Of a stretch of 64,000 nt of DNA, positions 1-64,000 are shown in pieces. The DNA is from Eledone cirrhosa (Eukaryota): contig OZ024749.1 of the NCBI GenBank assembly GCA_964016885.1, forward strand, positions 26,908,001 to 26,972,000, read 5' to 3'. The notes under the pieces are model-generated. The model made no database searches. It had not been told where the DNA came from and worked only from the letters and a program-made list of their open reading frames with translations. Position numbers and translations under genes: made by a program. Each line of letters begins with the position of its first letter. Position 1 is the stretch's first letter.

Positions 1-20
1 CACGCACAAACCATAATTCA

Positions 21-53
21 AGAGAGAGTAGAGAGAGAAAGAGAAAGTGAGCA

Positions 54-97
<44 letters not shown>

Positions 98-125
98 GAG
101 AGAGAGTGAGAGAGAGAGAGAGAGT

Positions 126-164
<39 letters not shown>

Positions 165-479
165 TGAGCAGAGAGAGAGAGAAAGTGAGCAGAGAGAGAG
201 AGAGAGAGAGAGAAAGTGAGCAGAGAGAGTAGAGAGAGAGAGAGAGAGAGAAAGTGAGCAGAGAGAGTAGAGAGAGAGAGAGAAAGTGAGCAGAGAGAGT
301 AGAGAGAGAGAGAGAGAAAGTGAGCAGAGAGAGTAGAGAGAGAGAGAGAAAGTGAGCAGAGAGAGTAGAGAGAGAGAGAGAAAGTGAGCAGCGAGAGTAG
401 AGAGAGAGAGAGAGAGAGAGAGAGCAGAGAGAGTAGAGAGAGAGAGAGCAGAGAGAGTAGAGAGAGAGAGAGCAGAGAG

Positions 480-522
<43 letters not shown>

Positions 523-737
523 TGAGCAGAGAGAGTAGAGAGAGAAAGTGAGCAGAGAGAGTAGAGAGAGAGAGAGAAAGTGAGCAGAGAGAGAGAGAGA
601 GAGAGAGAGAAAGTGAGCAGAGAGAGAGAGAGAGAGAGAGAGAAAGTGAGCAGAGAGAGAGAGAAAGTGAGCAGAGAGAGAGAGAAAGTGAGCAGAGAGA
701 GAGAGTGAGAGAGAAAGTGAGTAGAGGGAGAGAGAGA
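21..737. repeat. (GA)n-based minisatellite with aaagtgagcag interruptions
   Basis: Direct reading. Confidence 0.95.
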
Positions 738-1886
738 GTATGCCATGCAGAATGGTTAGTGTCTGTGTGAGTGTGAGTATGTGTGCATGTGTTTGTCTGT
801 GAGTGTGAGTATAGGTGTGCTTGTGTTTGACTATCTGAGTGCGTCTGTCTGAGAGAGAGAGAGAGAGTGTGTGTGTGTGTGTCTATCTGAGAGAGAGAGA
901 GAGAGAGAGAGAATGCGTCTGAGAGAGTGTCTATTTGAGAATCATCATCATCATCGACATTTGCATGGATCAGTGTCTATCTGAATATGTGTATGTCTGT
1001 GTGTCTGTATTGTGACACACAATACATTATCAAATTTGTCCATTCTCTTTTTAATCTCTTCATTGCTGTATACGAGATAACTCGTCCTAACATGTTTGAA
1101 CTCGTTTCCAACAGTTCATAGCTTCAAAGTTATGAACTCGTTTCCAACAGTTCATAACTTCAAAGCTAGATGGGGTTACTAGCTTATTGATGTGACGTTT
1201 GTCAATCAAACTAACCATTTTACTGAAGAAAAAAAAAACCAGCACAACAACTGTAGCTGTATAAAATATATGCAGCAGTCAACAGGTTAAAACAGTCAGT
1301 GTTTGCATGTGTATATGAGAGCATATGTGTTGTATATGTCTGTGTGTATTTGTATACACCTCTCAGTTTGTATGGGTATGTGCGTATACGAGTGTTGGTA
1401 TGTATGTTTGTATATGCTTGTGTGTGCATTTCTGAGTGTCCATGTGGGAGCATGTGTGTGAGTATATAAGCATGTGTGTGGTTTGGTAAGTATTGGTATG
1501 TATTTTGTGTATGTATGTGTGTATGTGAGAGAGAGAGGGGAGGGGGAGGAATCTAGAGGAAGAGAGAGGATGTGGCGAGAGAGAGAGGATGTGGCGAGAG
1601 AGAGAGGATGTGGCGAGAGAGAGAGGATGTGGCAAGAGAGAGAGAGAGCCTGTATCAAACAGGGAGAGGAATCTTAAGAGAAAGAGAAAGGGTGGGAAGA
1701 GAGAGCTGGATAGAAAGAGAGAAAGAACAAAAGGTATGTTCATTTCCCTTATGTATTATCAGTTCTGTTACCACGGTGATAGGTCAACATCCTAAATCAC
1801 CAGCTTCCTTGGATACCAGATTTTAACTTAAACTACTTTTAGTGTCAGCTCTTTGTGTTCTGAGTTCAAATCCCAGTGTAGCTTGA

Positions 1887-2145
1887 TTGGGTGGTAGAAT
1901 TACCATGTTGGTCAGTTTAACACCACCCACGGCCTATTTAGGTGCTTGGGTGGTAAAATTACCATGTTGGTCAGTTTAACACCACCCACGGCCTATTTAG
2001 GTGCTTGGGTGGTAAAATTACCATGTTGGTCAGTTTAACACCACTCTGTGGCCCATGGAGTGCTTGGGTGGTAGAATTAACCTGTTGGTCAGTTTAACAC
2101 CGCCACCCCTGTGGCCCATGGGGTGCTTGGGTGGTAGAATTAACA
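1887..2145. repeat. About 59-bp minisatellite, 4 copies
   Basis: ttgggtggtaRaattaccatgttggtcagtttaacacc repeated. Confidence 0.9.
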
Positions 2146-3306
2146 TCAGAAAGTTAGTAAAAAACAAACAAACTAAGTATAAAATGGGACCAAGATATCC
2201 AGCTCCAAATTAGTTTAAACTCTTCTTTTGATGAGAGGATTTTATCCCGAAATATTAAGGACTATTAAACAACCCAATGGCTTTGTTGTCATTTTTGTTT
2301 TTAACATTTAAAGTCCCATTTACATTGCTGTGGAGGCACGTGGCAGAGATGTGGAGGCATGTGGCTGAGTGATTAGAGAATTGGATTCACAATAGTGAGG
2401 TTATGAGTTCAATTCCTGAACCAGGCGATGCGTTATGTCCTTGAGCAAGACACTTTATTTCACATTGCTCCTTCTACCTGGAGTTGCGACCGTTAGATAG
2501 TATTAGCAATTGGAAAGACCAACGGAAAATATTGTTTCCTCGGTCTGATTTGACGAAAGTCGATCGACTGTCGATTACATTGCTGTAGCTGTCTAATAAA
2601 ACACTCTTTTCCAGTTAACAGTGTCCTCATGCACAGAGATGCTATAATAGAGCTTAATTATATAGAGTGAATACCTTTAAAAGAAGACAAAGCAGTTGCC
2701 ATCAGCTGCTAGCAACTTTTTCCGTCTTTCAAGGGTCTATTTTATAGCATCTCTGCACATGAGCACATCATTCTTTATATCAACTTTATCTTCTCAGCCC
2801 TTAGAGCCCGACAGATCAGTTACAAATATTCACTATTTTTTATACTTTATACAATGCTTGAAGCCAACTACACGCTTCCCCATCTTAAAATAACATATGG
2901 AGTGCTCACAAGGCCCTGAAGGCTCCTTGCCAGGGGCCTGAGCCCATATTGTGTCTAATAACTGAGCTGGTTCAAATGGATTAGCTCAGAGGGAACATAT
3001 AGCTGTGTAGATATGCGCGCAATGAAAGTATGTGCGTGTGTGTAGACCTTACACAGGAGTGGAAAAATAAAATGTATATTTGGGTTTATAAACCAAACTT
3101 GGTTGACTTTACAAATCATTTTGAAATTATAGCTGCCACCTTGCATATAACTATAATAATAGATGAATATGAATAAGTCAAGTAGAAATACCCTGGAGAT
3201 GGAAACAGACATCTAGTTAGCTGTTCGTGTTACTGATTTATTCAACTGTTATCTATAGTTAACTACTATTATAATTATCTGTACTTATTTTTATAATTAT
3301 CTGTAA

Positions 3307-3500
3307 AGGCGTGAATTGGCAGTATCGGCAGAAGGTCGGACGCCATGCTTTGAAGCAAAGAGTTACGTCCCTTTATGGTCTGAGTTCAAATCCCGTCGAG
3401 GTTAACTTTGCCTTTCATCCTTACAGGGTCGATAAAATAAAGTACCAGTAATGCACTGGGGTAATTGCTGGCCTTGTGCCAAACGTAGAAACAATTATAA
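3307..3500 (+). mobile_element. tRNA-derived SINE family B
   Basis: B box gagttcaaatcc; core gcctttcatcc...ggtcgataaaataaagtacc (Nin/Deu-like); end ggccttgtgccaaa..gaaacaattat. Confidence 0.8.
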
Positions 3501-3617
3501 TTATCTGTACTGTGGTGGCTATAATATATAGTGGAAGTAGAGTAATTTCTTGATTGTGAGCAGGTGGGAGGGGGGGGGGGGGGTAAGTGGTTTGAATATC
3601 CTTGGGCACTGTCTCTT

Positions 3618-3832
3618 TTAACCCTTCAGCATTCACATTTACTACAGTTACTATTGTATTTTCACGGTAAACACTTTATCTCACATAATATCGAATCTCC
3701 GAGATTTTAATGTTATTTATTTAGAGAACAATACCTTAACGTCAGTATGAGTGGCCAGTTACGACCAGTTTGAAGAGAAAGAGGTGAGAGAATTCTGGCC
3801 GGATATGGCCAGTTTAATTGCTAAGGGGTTAA
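3618..3832. mobile_element. TTAA-flanked piggyBac-like MITE
   Basis: ttaa-cccttcagcatt ... ttgctaagggg-ttaa termini; family recurs about 8 times in the window. Confidence 0.75.
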
Positions 3833-4257
3833 TGGATCTGTGCTTCAATGGATAAGTGTAATGATAGCATGCATGATGATTGTTGGGTGAAAGACTGTTG
3901 GGCAATAGAAAGGGAAACCTAGACAGAGGTGGTGAGAGCTGATCTCAAATTTCTGGACATCAGAGAAGAGATGATGAGGGAACACATGTTGAGGGGCGCT
4001 GTGCTGGAAAAAACCTATCCAACCCATGCAAGCATGGAAAAGCGGATGTAGTATGATGATGATGATGATGATATGTTGGTATGTATGTGTATACAAATGT
4101 GTGGGGTTGTGTATGTATGTGTGTAGATGTGTGTGTGTGTGTATGTGTGTGTTAACAGGTTGACTTCTCCTGGCATTACCATAGGTTTTGTGAGACTTAA
4201 ACACACCGAAATCGTCACATCTACAGAAATATGTTTGCTTATGTCACTGCAAGGGTG

Positions 4258-4299
<42 letters not shown>

Positions 4300-4302
4300 T
4301 AT

Positions 4303-4369
<67 letters not shown>

Positions 4370-4662
4370 GATATATATATAGATATATATATATACATAC
4401 ATATATATAGGCTACCATATAGTATATGTTTTCATGACTTGTGACAGACGCTGTGACCCTAGATGGCCCAGCAGTACTGTTGGTAGGGGTCAAGACTGCC
4501 AAGGTCCATATCAACGGCCGATAACCCTGGAGTTCGATGTCTTTCATTTGTATTTTTATTTTCAAAAAATAATTTAAGGTTTACCCTTAAAAAAATTATT
4601 TTTCATTTTGCCTTGTTTTTATTCATTTTGACTTGTCCTAAGTTTATCAAATATATATATAT

Positions 4663-4771
4663 AATTTAATATAGGAATGGCTTCTACAGGACTAGAACTG
4701 TTTCATTCAAAAGAAATCATCATTCAAATGAAACAGTTCTAGTTCAGTAGAAGCCATTTCTATATTAAATT
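4663..4771. repeat. 110-bp palindrome
   Basis: aatggcttctac..ctagaactgtttcatt / aatgaaacagttctag..gtagaagccatt. Confidence 0.85.
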
Positions 4772-4827
4772 TTGTATATACTGTATTGAGTACTTCACTT
4801 ACTGTGGTTACCTCCGATTGAACTTGG

Positions 4828-4868
<41 letters not shown>

Positions 4869-5084
4869 CATACATACATATACCAGTTTAATTCATCATA
4901 TCAGCTCCTTCACATAATTGTGTAAACATCTAAAAATGCCACACCGGTGCTGGTTGCTGTTGTAATGATTGCATAACAGCTACACACTGGTACCACTGAA
5001 ATATGTATTATCCAATAAATATGATAATGTAACGTATGTCTTAATGTTAATTTCATACGTATTCATGCATATATACATATATAT

Positions 5085-5426
5085 GGAGGCACATGGCTTA
5101 GTGGTTAAAGCATTGGCCTTGCAATCGAAAGGTTTTGAGTTCAATTCTCAGACCGGGTGATGTGTTGTTTCCTTGAGCAAGACACTTTATTTCACATTGC
5201 TCCAGTTTACTCAGCTGTAGAAATGAGATGATAGGGACTGGGGTCCATATCATTCCACTACAAAGTGGTCATGGAGGTGCCATAGCAAAAAAGCACCCAG
5301 CACTCACTGTAAATGAGGTTGGTGTTAGGAAGGGCATCCAGCTGTAGAAATGACGCCAGAATCAGTTCCCATCCCACCCTTGTAAGCAGGGAAAAGTGGA
5401 TGTAAAATGATGATGATGATGATGAT
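5085..5426 (+). mobile_element. tRNA-derived SINE family A with RTE-type tail
   Basis: A box tggcttagtgg, B box gagttcaattc, (GAT)n tail; a partial copy at about 2332-2470. Confidence 0.85.
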
Positions 5427-5748
5427 ATACATATTGTTTTTACATCTACTTTTCCATATGGGTTTTTGGGGACAATAATTTACAGCCAGATGCCCACCCT
5501 AATGTTTAAGTATTAATTCCTATTCTTTTGTTCACACATCTGTGTATGTGTGTCTGTATCTATATATGTCAGTGCCTTTATATATGTGAGTGTGTCTGCA
5601 TGTGTGTGTATATGTGTGTGTGTGTGTATATGGCTATATGTATGTGTCAATATGTCTCTGTATGTGTGTGTGTATATGGCTATATGTATGTGTCAATATG
5701 TCTCTGTATGTGTGTGTGTGACTATATATATATATATGTGTGTGTTTA

Positions 5749-5838
<90 letters not shown>

Positions 5839-5964
5839 TATGTGTGTTGGGGAATATATGACTCCGTTGCTCAGAGTTTTGTAATTTCTGAGTTATAGAA
5901 ATCGAGTGATTCATCAACTCAGCTTTGCACAAATAAATATATACTCTACTGCATGTATAGAGTA

Positions 5965-6136
5965 CTTCTGTTTGTATATATACATACATATATACACATA
6001 TATATACACACTACTGTGAATATTGACTACTCTTTCTCCCATTTATATATATACAAATGTACACATACACACCTGTATGCACAACACATATTGAGTTCTT
6101 TCTGTCCTGTTAACATCCAATTGTATATATACATGC

Positions 6137-6167
<31 letters not shown>

Positions 6168-6180
6168 TATATATATATAT

Positions 6181-6233
<53 letters not shown>

Positions 6234-6238
6234 TATAT

Positions 6239-6269
<31 letters not shown>

Positions 6270-6470
6270 CACATATATATATATACACACATATATATAT
6301 ATATATATACACACATATATATATATATATATACACACATATATATATATATACACACACACATATATATATATACACACACAGATATATATATATAGAC
6401 ACACATATATATATATACACACACATATATATATATATATAATTACACACACACACACACACATAGATAT

Positions 6471-6513
<43 letters not shown>

Positions 6514-6875
6514 AATATATATACTTTATATATTTACTACTTTTTCCCATTTGTACATACAAATGTATGTGCATAATATATATATATACACATACACACA
6601 CATATCTATATAGACATATACATAGATACATATACACTCATATATATCTATATACACATATACATACACATATCTACACGTATATATACACACATATACA
6701 TACATATACATACACATATATACATATATATATACACATATATACACATATATACATACACATATATATACACATATATACATACACATATATATACACA
6801 TATACATACACATATATATACACATATATACATACACACATATATATATATATACATATATATATTTATATATAT
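5965..6875. repeat. (TA)/(CA) microsatellite
   Basis: Direct reading. Confidence 0.9.
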
Positions 6876-6911
6876 ATTTCTTTTCAATTTCATTTTTCTT
6901 TATTTACTCAC

Positions 6912-63200
<56,289 letters not shown>

Positions 63201-63916
63201 CTGTTGAAAAGAATGGCAATGTATGTAGAAGTTGAAGTTACTGACTACATCATGTCTGGATGGACAGACATACATATACATACACATATATAAATTTATA
63301 TATACACACACATATATAAATATATATATATATATATATATGTAAATATCTTTAAGTCGTTTGGAAGCCTCGACAATGCAAATGGGTAAATCTCCGGGTA
63401 ACAAGGTCCGGTGGTGGAGAGAGAGATGTAAGTGGGTGTACGTTGAGATGCGTGGTGTGTATAAGATGTGTGAGATGTGTAGAATGAAGGGAAGAGTATA
63501 AAGGATAAAATAAAAATAACAACACAAGAGAGAGTTACCTTGGGAGAGATTTAATAGTCCCTATATATTTCGGATTCACATCCATCAACTGGGGTTTTTT
63601 TCCTGGGTGGGGGAAAAGGTTGTCTGTCGGACAAGTCCAGAACGCGTCCTTCGCTGTTTGGCTGTTTGTTGTTTTGAATATCTGAGGTATTCGGCAGAGC
63701 GCGCGTGCGCGTGAAATGGGGTCGGTCGTACAGAGGTCAGCGGCCAAATGAGGGAGTGGGATGGTGCTAGCTGTCAGTCCATTCTCTGCCTGTTTGTTAA
63801 ATGTTACTGTGTGTGTGTGTGCGTGTGTTGTTGTCTCGCTTGAGTGTGTGTGTGTGCGTGTGTTGTTGCCTTGTTCCTCTGTATTGGCAGTGTAGTATGT
63901 TCGTATGGTGGAATGC

Positions 63917-63947
<31 letters not shown>

Positions 63948-64000
63948 GTTGTCTCGTTCGCGTGTGTGTGTAGTTGTCTCGTTTGTGTGTGTGTGTGTGT

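Noticed and set aside
2677-2736. Possible terminal exon TLERRKKLLAADGNCFVFF*
   Set aside because: No pyrimidine tract at the acceptor, and it lies inside a short inverted repeat.
4180-4220. Possible further RhoGAP exon [14 protein letters not shown]
   Set aside because: Phase fits, but the donor is weak and there is no homology support.
5085-5160. tRNA gene
   Set aside because: A and B boxes are present but there is no proper cloverleaf, and it continues into a multi-copy SINE body.

Overview
Eukaryotic, highly repetitive DNA; the SINE/LINE families and the (TA)/(CA)/(GA) load look cephalopod (Octopus-like), which is an inference. The backbone is a minus-strand, multi-exon F-BAR + RhoGAP gene of the ARHGAP45/ARHGAP29/GMIP family. 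17 exons with GT-AG boundaries and consistent phases were read by hand between 63200 and 6912. No C1 domain is visible, and about 65 aa of the F-BAR is missing across a 31-kb interval that contains a 200-N gap. That interval holds a multi-kb (TA)/(TACA) microsatellite tract with two insertions: a spacer-less 3.6-kb non-coding palindrome carrying a type I hammerhead ribozyme motif near each outer end, and a full-length, intact R4/Dong-clade non-LTR retrotransposon (RT + CCHC + RLE). Several smaller palindromes also carry intact or decayed hammerhead motifs, which suggests a family of non-autonomous fold-back, Penelope-like or retrozyme-like elements. Other content: two tRNA-derived SINE families, RTE/Tx1/R4/mariner fragments, TTAA-flanked and hAT-type MITEs, 35-bp and 43-bp satellites and many minisatellites. 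Nearly all ORFs in the supplied track are microsatellite artefacts.
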